This document shows, piece after piece, positions 28,665 through 39,360 of a stretch of DNA of 64,000 nt. Made by a program: the position numbers and the translations under genes. Under the pieces are notes generated by a model. It did no database searches. It had not been told where the DNA came from and was given only the letters and a program-made list of their open reading frames with translations. Origin of the DNA: Nitrososphaeria archaeon. GTDB lineage: Archaea > Thermoproteota > Nitrososphaeria > Nitrososphaerales > JAAOZN01. The DNA lies in the NCBI GenBank assembly GCA_029775855.1, contig JARVJZ010000003.1, forward strand, positions 96,001 through 160,000, given 5' to 3'. How positions within the stretch are numbered: position 1 is the stretch's first letter; each line of letters begins with the position of its first letter.

Positions 28665-29562
28665 ATACGTATTTACATCGAGGATGAAATTTGCAGCCAG
28701 AGGGGTATTCTATCGGGTTAGGAATAGAGCCAGGTATTGGTTTTAACTTCTCCTCCTCTTTAGTAAGCTTAGGTAAGGAATCTAAAAGCCCTTGAGTATA
28801 GGGGTGAAGAGGTTTATCTAGCAAATTCCTTAGCGGCGCTCTTTCCACAATTCTACCAGCATACTGTATAGCTACAGTATCACAAAGCTCTGCCACAACT
28901 CCCAGATCGTGACTTATGAGTATCGTCGACGTATTAAGCTCCTTAATAAGCCTCTTAAACAAATCAAGTATCTGAGCTTGAACAGTAACATCTAGCGCGG
29001 TTGTGGGTTCATCTGCTATAAGCAACGTGGGTCTACACGCTAAAGCCATAGCTATCATAACTCTTTGCCTCATGCCTCCGCTAAACTGATGAGGATAGCG
29101 CTTCACGCTTTCAGACGGATCAGGCACTCTCACCATGTCCAGAAGTTCCACAGCTTTAGCTAATGCTTCTTTTTCGCCTAAACCTTTATGTATCTTAAAG
29201 ACCTCAGCTAACTGTTCACCTACTGTAAAGACTGGGTTTAAAGATGTCATAGGGTCTTGGAAGACCATCGCTATCTTGGATCCACGGAGTCTGCGTAACT
29301 CCTCTTTACTTTTTTTAGTTAGATCTTCACCTTCAAAGATGATTTTACCCGAAACTATCTTGGCGCCTATGGGTAGTAGACCTATTATCGACAGCGCAGC
29401 TACACTCTTTCCGCACCCTGACTCACCAACTAAACCAAGCGCTTCGCCTCTGTGCACAAGCAGATTCACACCATCAACCGCTTTTAACACTCCTTGTGAT
29501 AAGAAAAAGTATGTTCTCAGATCCTCAACATTCAAGAGGACATCTGATGACATTCTAAACAC
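28588..29562 (-). CDS. peptide ABC transporter ATP-binding protein (DppD/OppD-like)
   Basis: GESGCGKS, FSGGMRQR, DEPTTALD, CKFHPRC. Confidence 0.93.
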   Translation of the reverse strand: MFRMSSDVLLNVEDLRTYFFLSQGVLKAVDGVNLLVHRGEALGLVGESGCGKSVAALSIIGLLPIGAKIVSGKIIFEGEDLTKKSKEELRRLRGSKIAMVFQDPMTSLNPVFTVGEQLAEVFKIHKGLGEKEALAKAVELLDMVRVPDPSESVKRYPHQFSGGMRQRVMIAMALACRPTLLIADEPTTALDVTVQAQILDLFKRLIKELNTSTILISHDLGVVAELCDTVAIQYAGRIVERAPLRNLLDKPLHPYTQGLLDSLPKLTKEEEKLKPIPGSIPNPIEYPSGCKFHPRCKYVFERCVAEEPLDLEVEANHFVRCWLY

Positions 29563-30441
29563 CTATAGCGCAAGGGTAGGATCAAGCGCATCCCTTAACG
29601 CATCGCCAAGAAGATTGAACGCCAAGACAACCAAAAAGATCGCTAACCCAGGAAATGTGGCAACGTGAGGGCTAGACATTAAATATTCTCTGCCTGTGCC
29701 AAGCATGGTGCCCCATTCAGGTATTGTAGGCTCAACACCCAATCCTAAGAAACCTAATCCAGCTGCTGTAAGTATTGCTGTGCCAAGCTGAAGGGTTGAT
29801 TGAACTATTAACGGATCTACTGTGTTAAGAAAGATATGCTTAAACAAGATAGTGGGGCTACGTAATCCAAGAGCGCGGACAGCTTCGACATAACTTAACT
29901 CTCTGATATAAAGTGTCTGCCCTCTTGCCAACCTTATATAGACAGGTACAGAAGAGATGCCAACAGCGATTATCACGTTAGTCAAACCTACACCAAGTGT
30001 TGCAACTAAAACCAGAGCTAGCAGAATGCCAGGAAAAGCAAGCAATACATCAGTTAACCTCTGCAGCGCAAAGTCTATTGCGCCACCATAGTAGCCTGAG
30101 ATGATTCCTATAGGGGCTCCTATAGCTAGCCCTATAAGAACTGCTAGGAACCCTATGAACATCGAAATTCTGGCACCATACATTATTCGTGTAGCAATAT
30201 CTCTACCTAACTCATCGGTGCCCAATATGTGGTCAGATGAGGGCGGCCTTAAAGCTTCAGAAAGGTTAATCTTAATAGGATCATAAGGAGATAAAAACGG
30301 CGCTAACACACCTACAATAACAAAAAACAGAAGTATAGGCACCCCTAATCTTGCAGACCTATGTTTGCTTAGTCTTCGGATAACTTCCCTTCTCCAATAT
30401 TTATCAAGCGCGTCTTTTGAGGAGTTGGATGCAGTTTTCAT
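29563..30441 (-). CDS. peptide ABC transporter permease (DppC-like)
   Basis: HILGTDELGRD, YVEAVRALG, FNLLGDALRDALDP. Confidence 0.93.
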   Translation of the reverse strand: MKTASNSSKDALDKYWRREVIRRLSKHRSARLGVPILLFFVIVGVLAPFLSPYDPIKINLSEALRPPSSDHILGTDELGRDIATRIMYGARISMFIGFLAVLIGLAIGAPIGIISGYYGGAIDFALQRLTDVLLAFPGILLALVLVATLGVGLTNVIIAVGISSVPVYIRLARGQTLYIRELSYVEAVRALGLRSPTILFKHIFLNTVDPLIVQSTLQLGTAILTAAGLGFLGLGVEPTIPEWGTMLGTGREYLMSSPHVATFPGLAIFLVVLAFNLLGDALRDALDPTLAL

Positions 30442-30450
30442 AGCTCCTAT

Positions 30451-31389
30451 CTACTCGTATCTTATTCTAGGGTCTATGTATGCGTAAAGAATATCGACAA
30501 TAAGGTTAACAACGATAAAGATCAGAGAGAATAGAAGCACACCCCCTTGGATCAATGGGTAGTCACGATTTGAGATCGCATTAACCAAAAGGCGACCCAT
30601 ACCAGGCCAAGCAAAGACCGTCTCAGTAAGAACGGTTCCACTTAAAAGATAGCCAAAATACAATCCTGTGATCGTAGTCACAGGTAAAAGAGCATTCCTT
30701 AAAGCGTGTTTATAGTTGACTGTATACTCTGTCGCACCTTTAGACCGCGCTGTTCTAATATAATCCTGACCTAACACACTTAACATACTTGACCTGGTCA
30801 TCCTAGCTAAAACACCGATCAAATGAGCAGCCAAAGTCAAAGCAGGAAGTATAACATACCTTGGATCCCAATTTGGGATCCCTATACCGCCAGCAGGCAG
30901 AACTCTAAGCGTGACAGCGAACAATAAAATGAGCATAAGTCCAAGCCAGAATGCAGGCATAGACACACCAAAGAGAGAAGCAACAATAGCAACTTGATCT
31001 ATGGCTTTGCCCCTGTTTATAGCTGAAATTATACCTATAACTATCCCTACTGGAATCGCAATAGCCATGGCTGCAACGGCGAGAATGAATGTGTTTTGCA
31101 TTGTCTCCATTAGTTGAGGAAGAACAGGCTTACCAGTGAACATCGACTTCCCTAAATCTAGCCTAATCAGATTCCACATAAAAGAAGCATACTGCTCCCA
31201 GATGGGTCTATCTAAACCGAGTTGACGCCGTATCGTCTCAACTTCTTCTTCAGTAGCGGCAACACCAGCAATAACTCTCGCTGGATCGCCAGGTAGAAAC
31301 CTAACCATCGCAAATACTATTACAGTTACACCTATTATGACGGGGATGGCTAAAACAATTCTCCTTAATATATATCCAAGCATAATCAA
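30451..31389 (-). CDS. peptide ABC transporter permease (DppB-like)
   Basis: PGDPA, DYIRTARSKG, HALRNALLP, ETVFAWPG, DPRI. Confidence 0.93.
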   Translation of the reverse strand: MIMLGYILRRIVLAIPVIIGVTVIVFAMVRFLPGDPARVIAGVAATEEEVETIRRQLGLDRPIWEQYASFMWNLIRLDLGKSMFTGKPVLPQLMETMQNTFILAVAAMAIAIPVGIVIGIISAINRGKAIDQVAIVASLFGVSMPAFWLGLMLILLFAVTLRVLPAGGIGIPNWDPRYVILPALTLAAHLIGVLARMTRSSMLSVLGQDYIRTARSKGATEYTVNYKHALRNALLPVTTITGLYFGYLLSGTVLTETVFAWPGMGRLLVNAISNRDYPLIQGGVLLFSLIFIVVNLIVDILYAYIDPRIRYE

Positions 31390-31412
31390 ACCTCACAAAA
31401 ATTAAGAGTAGG

Positions 31413-32996
31413 CTATCCGCCTACTCTATCAAGTCCTGTTATATCATATGTGTCCGCTATGTTGCTTGGCACTACACCCTTAACATTCTTAGAGTAGACT
31501 ACAACGTTCTTTTGGAAGTATAGAAGTGCTTGTGGTTGTTCCTTCCAGAGTATACGCATTATCTGGTCATACAGTTGAAGTCTAACTTTAGGATCAGGCT
31601 CTTCACGCGCCTTCTTTATCATCGCTTTGACTTCCTCATTACCATAGTATACGAGTGAATTACCCTGAGGAACCCAAGGTCCACCAAAGTATGAAGTTAA
31701 CACACCATCTGCATCCATGACCACTATACCATATCCAGTTAATGCCATCTGCATCTTAGTCTCGTTGATAGGTGCTGTTAGATGCTTCACAAATGTAGGC
31801 CAATCCTGAACAAGCAACTCAACATCGATGCCGACCTCCCTAAGATACGCTTGAATTGCTTGAGAAACCTGCAAATCAAAAAGGTATCTTCCTGAAGGTG
31901 TGGCGAAGGTCGCCTTGAATCCATTAGGGTAGCCAGCTTCAGCTAAGAGCTGCTTAGCCTTAGCCGGATCATAGGGCCACTTGCCTAAGCTTGTGTAACC
32001 AAAGACGTTAGGCGTAACCCAAGAATCAGTTGTATCAGCTAAACCTTGAAGCACATTCTTAACCAAAGCTTCTTTGTCAATAGCATAGTTCACAGCTTGC
32101 CTAACTCTCTCATCTTTGAACGGACCCCACTGATTGTTCATTATCACCATTACACCTCTAGTACTTGGAACATCAGCAACCACGAAATTTGGATTTTGCC
32201 TTAAGTTTGGCACCTCTACGGGTGGTGGTGCTAAGACTACATCTGCATCACCAGCAAGAAGCATCGATATTCTAGTTGTAGCTTCTGGGACAATGTTTAT
32301 GATAACCTTGGTTGCACCAGGTTTTTCACCCCAATAATCTTCATTGCGTTCTAAGACCACTCTCTCATTTAACTTCCACTCTACAAACTTGAATGGTCCT
32401 GTGCCTATAAGTGGAACATCAGCGTTTGGTCCCCCGGCTCTTATGTATGTAGATGGAGAGAATATCGCGATTCTATATGAAGCTAGGTTGGCTAACAGTG
32501 GCCCGTATGGGTACTTTAAGTTGAATTTAACGGTGTAGTCATCTACCGCTTCTACACTCTTAATGGGGTCAAATCTATTTGCGAATCCAGTGCCTTCTGG
32601 GAAGGGGACGTCTTTGTTTATGTATCTTTGCATGAAAGACCAGACTACTGCAGATGCATTAAATGGTGTTCCATCGTGGAACTTTACACCTTTCCTTAGC
32701 TTGAATGTGTATGTAAGCCCGTCTGGAGATACCTCATAACTTATCGCTAAAGACTTTGAAGGTATAATATTCCCTTCACTGTCTATTTTTAGAAGACTCT
32801 CCTGCACAGAGTTGAATAAGCTGGTCCAAGTGGCACTATGTGATTGTAGTGTGTCAAGTGTGCCTGGATCTGAGCCGTAAACGATTGTAACAACTTTTTC
32901 TGATATTGGTGTTTGTGTAAGGTATATTGCGCCAGCAGCAACAGCAGCGATAATTATTATGATTATTGTAGCTACTACTTTTATCTTCGATACCAA
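31413..32996 (-). CDS. peptide ABC transporter substrate-binding protein (family 5)
   Basis: N-terminal anchor; TFKLRKGVKFHDGTPFNA, GTGPF, VRQAVNYAID. Confidence 0.92.
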   Translation of the reverse strand: MVSKIKVVATIIIIIIAAVAAGAIYLTQTPISEKVVTIVYGSDPGTLDTLQSHSATWTSLFNSVQESLLKIDSEGNIIPSKSLAISYEVSPDGLTYTFKLRKGVKFHDGTPFNASAVVWSFMQRYINKDVPFPEGTGFANRFDPIKSVEAVDDYTVKFNLKYPYGPLLANLASYRIAIFSPSTYIRAGGPNADVPLIGTGPFKFVEWKLNERVVLERNEDYWGEKPGATKVIINIVPEATTRISMLLAGDADVVLAPPPVEVPNLRQNPNFVVADVPSTRGVMVIMNNQWGPFKDERVRQAVNYAIDKEALVKNVLQGLADTTDSWVTPNVFGYTSLGKWPYDPAKAKQLLAEAGYPNGFKATFATPSGRYLFDLQVSQAIQAYLREVGIDVELLVQDWPTFVKHLTAPINETKMQMALTGYGIVVMDADGVLTSYFGGPWVPQGNSLVYYGNEEVKAMIKKAREEPDPKVRLQLYDQIMRILWKEQPQALLYFQKNVVVYSKNVKGVVPSNIADTYDITGLDRVGG

Positions 32997-33176
32997 TGCG
33001 CTCCATCTTAAGTACTTAAACTCTATATTTAAGCCTTCTGCAATGCAATAATTTATACAATTTCTCTATTGTTTTTGTCTAATTTATTTTAAGCTTGGCA
33101 AATATGTTTGTTTAAATTGTTAGGTATTAAATCAAACAAATCAACTGGATAATATTTAAAACGGTTTGAGCATGGG

Positions 33177-34397
33177 TTGTATAGGATGGATCTTAGTGAG
33201 GTTCGAGTGGTAATTCCAGTCGGTGGGCAAGCGACAAGGCTCCATCCGTTGACAGCTGAGGTTTCAAAAGCGTGCGTTCGTTTTCTTAATAGGCCGTTGA
33301 TAGAAATTGCTATCGCTGAGCTTGCTAAGCAAGGTGTTAAGCACTTTATCTTCGGCGTGAAGGGGTACATAAACTACCGAAGTCTACACGATTACTTTGA
33401 TGACGGCACATCCATATCAGCTAAATATAATATTAAGCCACGTATTCACATAAAGTATCAACCCCATATAGAGGACTTGGGCAGCGCAGATTCGTTAAGG
33501 ATAATACTTGACTACTATGAGATCCCTTCACTTATAGCTGTGGTGCAAGGAGATAACATCTTCAACCTAAATCTTGCAGACCTATTAGACTTCCACATAT
33601 CTCATGAAGCCTTTCTAACAATCTGCTTAACAAGAGTTGATGATGTTACTGGATATGGTGTAGCTGAAATAGAAGGAGATAGGATAGTTAGATTCGTTGA
33701 GAAACCAGATCCAAAGGAAGCGCCCTCAAACCTCGCTAACACAGGGATCTACATTTTAAGCCCAGAAGTTAAATCGGTTTACGCAGATCCTTTCATCAGA
33801 GACAAGATTCAGCGTAGAGAAAGGCTTGATTTCGGAAAAGACTTCATACCCTACCTAATTGAGCGTGGTTACCCTGTTTATGGCTATCTTCTTAAAGGGC
33901 AGTGGTATGACCTAGGCACGCCAGCCAACTACCTTACTACTATGACTGAGTTGCTTAGAAGTGGTTATGAACTTGAACCTAGCTGGAAGGTAGAGGGATA
34001 TAATATCTGGCTTCAGAGCAGAAGCAGCGAATCCCTTCGAAGAAGAAACGAGATTTTGAAGAAGATGCGAGAAGGTAAGATAAGGTTAGAGGGCTCTGTC
34101 TTGATAGGGAGGCACTGCCAGATAGGTGAAGGTTCTGTAATCAAGGACTCGGTCATAGATAATTTTACAATCATAGGTAGAAACGTCACTATAGAGGGCT
34201 CTGCTGTTCTTGACAGATGCATAATTTACGATAATACTACTATACGCAGAAGCATCATAGGTAGGCATGTAATAGTTAAGTCTTCACCAATAAAACCCAC
34301 GTTGATAGAGGATCTTTCGGTAATAGGTGACGACACAATCATAGAGGAAGGCTGCAAGCTAGCTTCAGCGAAAATCTACCCTCACAACAGAATATAG
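33177..34397 (+). CDS. NDP-sugar synthase (nucleotidyltransferase with LbH domain)
   Basis: GGQATRLHPLT, FVEKP, ANTGIY, WYDLG, C-terminal hexapeptide repeats. Confidence 0.9.
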   Translation: MYRMDLSEVRVVIPVGGQATRLHPLTAEVSKACVRFLNRPLIEIAIAELAKQGVKHFIFGVKGYINYRSLHDYFDDGTSISAKYNIKPRIHIKYQPHIEDLGSADSLRIILDYYEIPSLIAVVQGDNIFNLNLADLLDFHISHEAFLTICLTRVDDVTGYGVAEIEGDRIVRFVEKPDPKEAPSNLANTGIYILSPEVKSVYADPFIRDKIQRRERLDFGKDFIPYLIERGYPVYGYLLKGQWYDLGTPANYLTTMTELLRSGYELEPSWKVEGYNIWLQSRSSESLRRRNEILKKMREGKIRLEGSVLIGRHCQIGEGSVIKDSVIDNFTIIGRNVTIEGSAVLDRCIIYDNTTIRRSIIGRHVIVKSSPIKPTLIEDLSVIGDDTIIEEGCKLASAKIYPHNRI

Positions 34398-34402
34398 CAA
34401 TC

Positions 34403-34843
34403 TTAAGCATGATATACCCACCTTGAGGCACCGTCAGCAAAGACCTCCTTCTTGAAGAGCGCGGGTTCACGCTTATATCTTTCAACCGCCTCCTCAAGTG
34501 CTGGAAAGACATTAGTTCGGCTCCTCCCAGAAACAAGCACGAGAACTAAGGGTTCTCCGACTTTGAATCTCCCCATAAGGTGGTAGATTAGGACGCGGCT
34601 TGCTTGGTGTTTTTCTTGAACTTCTCTACAGATCTTTTGGATGGTTGGCGTTGCATGCTCAACGTAAGCCTCGACTTCAACTGCAGAGACCTCTTTACCT
34701 AATTCGCTACTATTCTTCGCCACACCTATGAAGGTAGCTACTGCTCCGTCTTCAGGAGGGAGTTTAGTCATAAATTCGTTTAAGACGTTAAAAAGGTTGA
34801 AGCTCTCTTTAGAATACACACCAGCATCGAGCATTCTAATCAA
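34403..34843 (-). CDS. moaE: molybdopterin synthase catalytic subunit
   Basis: GAVATFIG, VGEPLV, ALFKKE...WV. Confidence 0.88.
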   Translation of the reverse strand: MIRMLDAGVYSKESFNLFNVLNEFMTKLPPEDGAVATFIGVAKNSSELGKEVSAVEVEAYVEHATPTIQKICREVQEKHQASRVLIYHLMGRFKVGEPLVLVLVSGRSRTNVFPALEEAVERYKREPALFKKEVFADGASRWVYHA

Positions 34844-34861
34844 TATAGGGTGTTATAGGAT

Positions 34862-35389
34862 TTAATAGTTTATCTCTTTACTGCTCTGAAACTTCCTCTT
34901 TAGCGTTGTACCACAAATAGGGCAGCTTCGAATATTGGTAGCATAGCTTTTGCCGCAGCCAGGACAGTATCTGATCCATTTTACCATCTTCTTTATTCCC
35001 TTACTCATAGTTGGTAAAAATGGTATATTGAGAGTTTGGGCTACATTCTGCACAGCATAGTCATCGCTAACTATCGTAGCATCACACTTTCTAGAATAAT
35101 GTAGAGCTAATGCAAGGATAGAAAGGTCGGCTTCAGATAAGTAAGGTAGGTCATTTGTCTTCAAGGCTACTTCCTTCACTTTCTGGTATACTTCTACAGG
35201 GGGCTCCTCTACCTCTAAACGCTTAGCCTCTAAAAGAGTGTTTATTATCGCTTGATATTTGATGCCGCGTGAAACTTCCTTTAGCACTTGCTTAGTGGTC
35301 TTATAGATCTCTAAACCAGCGTAAGGTAAGCCCGAGTAGAAGGCGGTTGCATCAAGGACAAGTACCTTGCTCTTAGCTTCAGTTGTCAA
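34862..35389 (-). CDS. nob1: Nob1-family PIN endonuclease
   Basis: VLDATAF, LSEADLS, SDDYAVQN, CPGC...CPICG. Confidence 0.9.
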   Translation of the reverse strand: MTTEAKSKVLVLDATAFYSGLPYAGLEIYKTTKQVLKEVSRGIKYQAIINTLLEAKRLEVEEPPVEVYQKVKEVALKTNDLPYLSEADLSILALALHYSRKCDATIVSDDYAVQNVAQTLNIPFLPTMSKGIKKMVKWIRYCPGCGKSYATNIRSCPICGTTLKRKFQSSKEINY

Positions 35390-35391
35390 AG

Positions 35392-35817
35392 TTAAACTTG
35401 TGAAGCAAGCTTATCAAACAGTGCCTTCTTCATCTTTATGGGCACATCATAATATGTTGCGAGCGCTATGGAATCAGAGGCTCTATAATTTTTGAGCACG
35501 AAGCTATTATTTCTATGCCTAAAGTAGAGGTCTGCCCTTAGGACGTTTCCTCTCTCATAAACCTCGACCTCTGTTAGAAAGATTGATTGAATATCTGCTA
35601 TTTCGGCTATCATCTTGTAAATTGATGGGACTGATATTCTATCTCCTTTTTGAAATCTTGCTATGTAATCAGCAACTTCCCCTGAGAATGCGCTCATAGG
35701 GAAGCTTCTTCCATCATCCGCTGTTAGAACTAGTATACCTTGAGCCCCTTCAGGGTCTGCGAACCCGACCTTCGTCACTTTAACATATACATACTCGTTA
35801 TTCTTATCTTCACGCAT
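35392..35817 (-). CDS. bifunctional nuclease (DUF151) family protein
   Basis: RASDSIALA...VPI motif. Confidence 0.75.
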   Translation of the reverse strand: MREDKNNEYVYVKVTKVGFADPEGAQGILVLTADDGRSFPMSAFSGEVADYIARFQKGDRISVPSIYKMIAEIADIQSIFLTEVEVYERGNVLRADLYFRHRNNSFVLKNYRASDSIALATYYDVPIKMKKALFDKLASQV

Positions 35818-35847
35818 CTTTTAGACGCCCATCATAAAAGTATATCA

Positions 35848-36684
35848 TTATGCTGATAAAGGTAGCGCTGGTTGGTTGATCATTCTAAATAGCTGCTTGA
35901 AGGTAAAGCTCTTGAACCTAACTAGGTTTGCAGCACATTCATACCTGCAGATTACCACTTCCCCTTCTTCTACAGGATAAACCTCTTGCCCATCTACTAC
36001 TATATCGGTATGCTGATCAGCCTTTATAGTAATCAGCTGAGGTTTTATAACTATCGGCGGCACGTTTAGAAGAGGAGAGACTGGGACTACAAGTATAGCT
36101 TCAAGATTCTCTTGCAGCACCGGCCCTTTTAATGAGTAGGCATGTCCAGTTGAACCTGTAGGTGTTGCAACTATTACCCCATCCATCCTTATGTTTAGAT
36201 GCGCTTCCCCTATCTTTATTGTAAAGCGTGGTGTGCCTACATGTGTTCTTCTGACCACATAGATTTCGTTTGTGGCTGGTGGTAGTTTGACATTGCTTTT
36301 TGCGGCAATTCTCATTCTTCGATCTAAGATGTATTCCCCCCTCTTTAGTTTTGTTATGGCTTCGTCAAGCTCCTCCGGCTTGATTTCCGAGAGTATTCCT
36401 CTATGTCCAACATTTATTGGTAAAACTGGTGTCTCATCGTGAAGTAATCTTAAGGCGCGTAAGAGTGTGCCATCCCCACCCACAGTAATAACGATATCAG
36501 TACCCATCTTCTTTAATTCGTTTACATTTTCTACTTTTAAAGCTCCTTCAGATCCAAAGTCCTCCAAAGTATATGTTTGTATTTCAGCTTTAACTAATTT
36601 ACTAACTATGTTTGCTTTAATCTTTCTATCTAAGCCTTCTTTTAAGATAACTCCTGCAACTTGAACGGGTTTTTGATATGCCAA
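35848..36684 (-). CDS. nadK: NAD(+) kinase
   Basis: GGDGT, NE, DGVIVATPTGST. Confidence 0.92.
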   Translation of the reverse strand: MAYQKPVQVAGVILKEGLDRKIKANIVSKLVKAEIQTYTLEDFGSEGALKVENVNELKKMGTDIVITVGGDGTLLRALRLLHDETPVLPINVGHRGILSEIKPEELDEAITKLKRGEYILDRRMRIAAKSNVKLPPATNEIYVVRRTHVGTPRFTIKIGEAHLNIRMDGVIVATPTGSTGHAYSLKGPVLQENLEAILVVPVSPLLNVPPIVIKPQLITIKADQHTDIVVDGQEVYPVEEGEVVICRYECAANLVRFKSFTFKQLFRMINQPALPLSA

Positions 36685-36785
36685 GGCAGTGTTTATTTGG
36701 GCAGTTTAATATATTAATATCTCTTTACTTCTAAAGAAAGACAATTATATAACCAATTATTACCAAGTACTCAACAAGAGGATAG

Positions 36786-37190
36786 GTGCTTAGTATGAGT
36801 AAACCTGTTGATTTAGGAAGTGTTAAAGAAGGTTCGTATATAATCATAGATGGCGAACCCTCAAAGATAGTTGAATACGATAAATCTAAGCCTGGTAAAC
36901 ACGGCGCTGCTAAGGCTCGTGTAGTGGCTATAGGGTTGTTTGATGGTGTTAAGAGGAGCTTCGTTTCACCAGTCTCTGCTAATGTTGAAGTTCCTATAAT
37001 TGAAAAAAGGTCGGCGCAGGTGATTTCAATCTCTGGTTCGAATGTTCAACTGATGGATCTTGAGACCTTTGAGTATTTTGATTTACAGATGCCGGTTGAG
37101 GAGGAGATAAAATCTAAGATTCAACCCGGTGTTGAAGTTGAATATTGGCGGACTATGGGTAGAAATAAGATTATGAGAGTTAAAGGTTAA
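36786..37190 (+). CDS. eif5a: translation factor aIF5A
   Basis: [10 protein letters not shown] hypusination motif. Confidence 0.97.
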   Translation: MLSMSKPVDLGSVKEGSYIIIDGEPSKIVEYDKSKPGKHGAAKARVVAIGLFDGVKRSFVSPVSANVEVPIIEKRSAQVISISGSNVQLMDLETFEYFDLQMPVEEEIKSKIQPGVEVEYWRTMGRNKIMRVKG

Positions 37191-37231
37191 AGAGGTCAGT
37201 AAACTCTATAGGTTAATGGTGTAAATTAAAT

Positions 37232-37302
37232 TGAGGGCCTAGATGATCCTTGGAAGAGCCGTCTGAGCTGTGATGACGAATCAGAGTGGAGATGGGCCCT
37301 CA
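37232..37302 (+). ncRNA. C/D box sRNA, D' guide antisense to 23S rRNA peptidyl-transferase region
   Basis: Terminal stem TGAGGGCCTA/TGGGCCCTCA; D' CTGA 37263, C' GTGATGA 37270; degenerate C (TAGATGA) and D (GAGA); guide GGAAGAGCCG. Confidence 0.72.
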
Positions 37303-37318
37303 TGTTGAGCGTATAGAT

Positions 37319-38026
37319 ATGAAGGTCGCAGTAGTGTATTCAGGTGGCAAAGACAGCACAAGAGCGGTCTATGAATGTTTAAAGGCTGGGTATACTGTTA
37401 GCTGTCTACTGACCATAATACCAGAAGCTTTTGGAAGCTACCTCTTTCACTACCCTAATGCTCGGTGGACTAAGCTGCAAGCTGAAGCGATGGATCTGCC
37501 CTTGTTGAGTAAAGAGGTGAGTGGCGCTGAGGATGATGAGTTGAATGCGCTCAAGTTTCTTTTGGCTGATGCTGTTTCTAAATATTCGGTTGATTGTTTG
37601 TGTAGCGGTGCTGTGGCTAGCGTGTATCAGAGAAGTAGGTTTGATAAAGTAGCGTCAAGTTTAGGTCTAAAGTGTGTTAACCCGCTCTGGGGATTAGATG
37701 ATGAACAGATTTTAAGAGACCTCATTGGGCTAGGCTTTAAGACAATTGTTGTAGGTGTTTCCGCAGCTGGTTTAGACTCAAGGTGGTTAGGAAGGGTTAT
37801 AGATGAAGATGCCATAGAAGAGCTAAAGAAAATTAAGAAGAAATATGGAGTAAACCTCTCCTTCGAAGGCGGAGAAGCTGAAACATTTGTGTTAGATGCA
37901 CCGATGTTCAAAAAACGAATAGAAATTGTATCCTCAGAGGTATCTTGGGATGGCTACATAGGTTTTCTGCTCATAAAAGATGCGAAGCTTGTAGAGAAGG
38001 AAAGCGTTAAAGTTGGGTCAACCTAA
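37319..38026 (+). CDS. diphthine--ammonia ligase (Dph6 family ATP pyrophosphatase)
   Basis: YSGGKDS PP-loop, EGGEAETFV; start moved to ATG 37319 because the upstream part overlaps the sRNA. Confidence 0.9.
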   Translation: MKVAVVYSGGKDSTRAVYECLKAGYTVSCLLTIIPEAFGSYLFHYPNARWTKLQAEAMDLPLLSKEVSGAEDDELNALKFLLADAVSKYSVDCLCSGAVASVYQRSRFDKVASSLGLKCVNPLWGLDDEQILRDLIGLGFKTIVVGVSAAGLDSRWLGRVIDEDAIEELKKIKKKYGVNLSFEGGEAETFVLDAPMFKKRIEIVSSEVSWDGYIGFLLIKDAKLVEKESVKVGST

Positions 38027-38037
38027 GGTAGCAGGCG

Positions 38038-39360
38038 ATGTTAGAGAAGTTAAAAGAAGGTTTACAAGCAGCAATAAAAAAACTGATAGGAGCAACAACG
38101 GTAGACGAAGCGGCTGTAAAAGAATTCATTAGAGACCTCCAGCGAACTCTACTACAAGCAGATGTTAATGTAAAGCAAGTCTTAGAAATCACAACAAAGA
38201 TAGAGAAGAGGGCTCTACAAGAATCTCCACCTCCAGGTCTACCACGCAAAGATCACATCGTGAAGATACTGTATGAAGAGCTGTCATCTACATTAGGCGG
38301 GGAGGCTAAGCTCGAAATCCCTATGAACAAAACCTACACGATTATTCTACTCGGGATCCAAGGTTCGGGTAAAACTACTGTAGCCGCTAAATTAGCTAGG
38401 CATCTTCAAAAGAAAGGGTATAAGGTTGGTGTGGTCTGCGCTGACACATATAGACCGGGTGCGTTGACGCAGCTTCGTATGCTCGGTAAGCAGATTGGTG
38501 TTGAGGTTTACGGTGAAGAAGATTCTACAGACGCAGCCGCCATAGCTGAGAGGGGTCTAAAGTTCTTCGAAGGTAAAGATGTTGTGATAGTAGATACTGC
38601 TGGTAGGCATAAGGAGGAGAAGGGTCTTCTGGAGGAGATGAAGGAGATCTCATCTAAGATTACCCCAGACCTTACATTACTAGTTGTAGACGGCACAATA
38701 GGGCAGGCGTGCTACTCTCAATCAAAAGCATTCCACGAAGCTGTGCCTGTAGGAGGGATAATTATAACAAAGTTAGATGGCGCAGCTAAAGGAGGAGGAG
38801 CTCTGGCAGCCGCAGCGGCTACGGGTGCAAAGATCTTCTTTATAGGCACAGGTGAAAGAGTTGATGACTTAGAGCCATTCTCGCCAACTAGATTTGTCGG
38901 TAGGCTTCTTGGATTGGGTGATATTAAGGCTCTTTTGGAGAGGGCTAAGGAGCTTGAGATAGAGGCTGACGAGAAGAAGATGCAGCGTTTCATGTCGGGT
39001 AAGATGACAATAGATGACCTCTTGTATCAGCTAGAGCAGATGAAGAAGATGGGTTCTATCCGCCGGATACTTGAACTTATACCCGGTTTTTCCCAAACTC
39101 AGATACCCGAGGCTGAACTTGAAGGCTTAGATGAGAAGTTAGAAAAGTGGCGTAGCATTATACTTTCGATGACTAAAGAGGAGCGAACTAACCCAGAGAT
39201 AATGAACGCATCCAGAATAAGGAGAGTCGCAAGAGGCTCGGGCTCGGCTGAAAAGGATGTGAAGGATCTTCTAACAAGATATAAGCAGACTAAAGATATT
39301 ATGAAGGCTAGTAAAGGTAGGGCTCTAAGGCAGCTTCTGAGAAGGTTCCAGCAGACTTGA
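38038..39360 (+). CDS. srp54: signal recognition particle protein SRP54
   Basis: GIQGSGKTT, DTAGR, TKLDG, M-domain SRIRRVARGSG. Confidence 0.97.
   Translation: MLEKLKEGLQAAIKKLIGATTVDEAAVKEFIRDLQRTLLQADVNVKQVLEITTKIEKRALQESPPPGLPRKDHIVKILYEELSSTLGGEAKLEIPMNKTYTIILLGIQGSGKTTVAAKLARHLQKKGYKVGVVCADTYRPGALTQLRMLGKQIGVEVYGEEDSTDAAAIAERGLKFFEGKDVVIVDTAGRHKEEKGLLEEMKEISSKITPDLTLLVVDGTIGQACYSQSKAFHEAVPVGGIIITKLDGAAKGGGALAAAAATGAKIFFIGTGERVDDLEPFSPTRFVGRLLGLGDIKALLERAKELEIEADEKKMQRFMSGKMTIDDLLYQLEQMKKMGSIRRILELIPGFSQTQIPEAELEGLDEKLEKWRSIILSMTKEERTNPEIMNASRIRRVARGSGSAEKDVKDLLTRYKQTKDIMKASKGRALRQLLRRFQQT

Noticed and set aside
37277-37288. 8-nt complementarity of the sRNA guide (TCAGAGTG) to the K-turn at 57930-57937
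   Set aside because: An 8-mer match is expected by chance in a window this size
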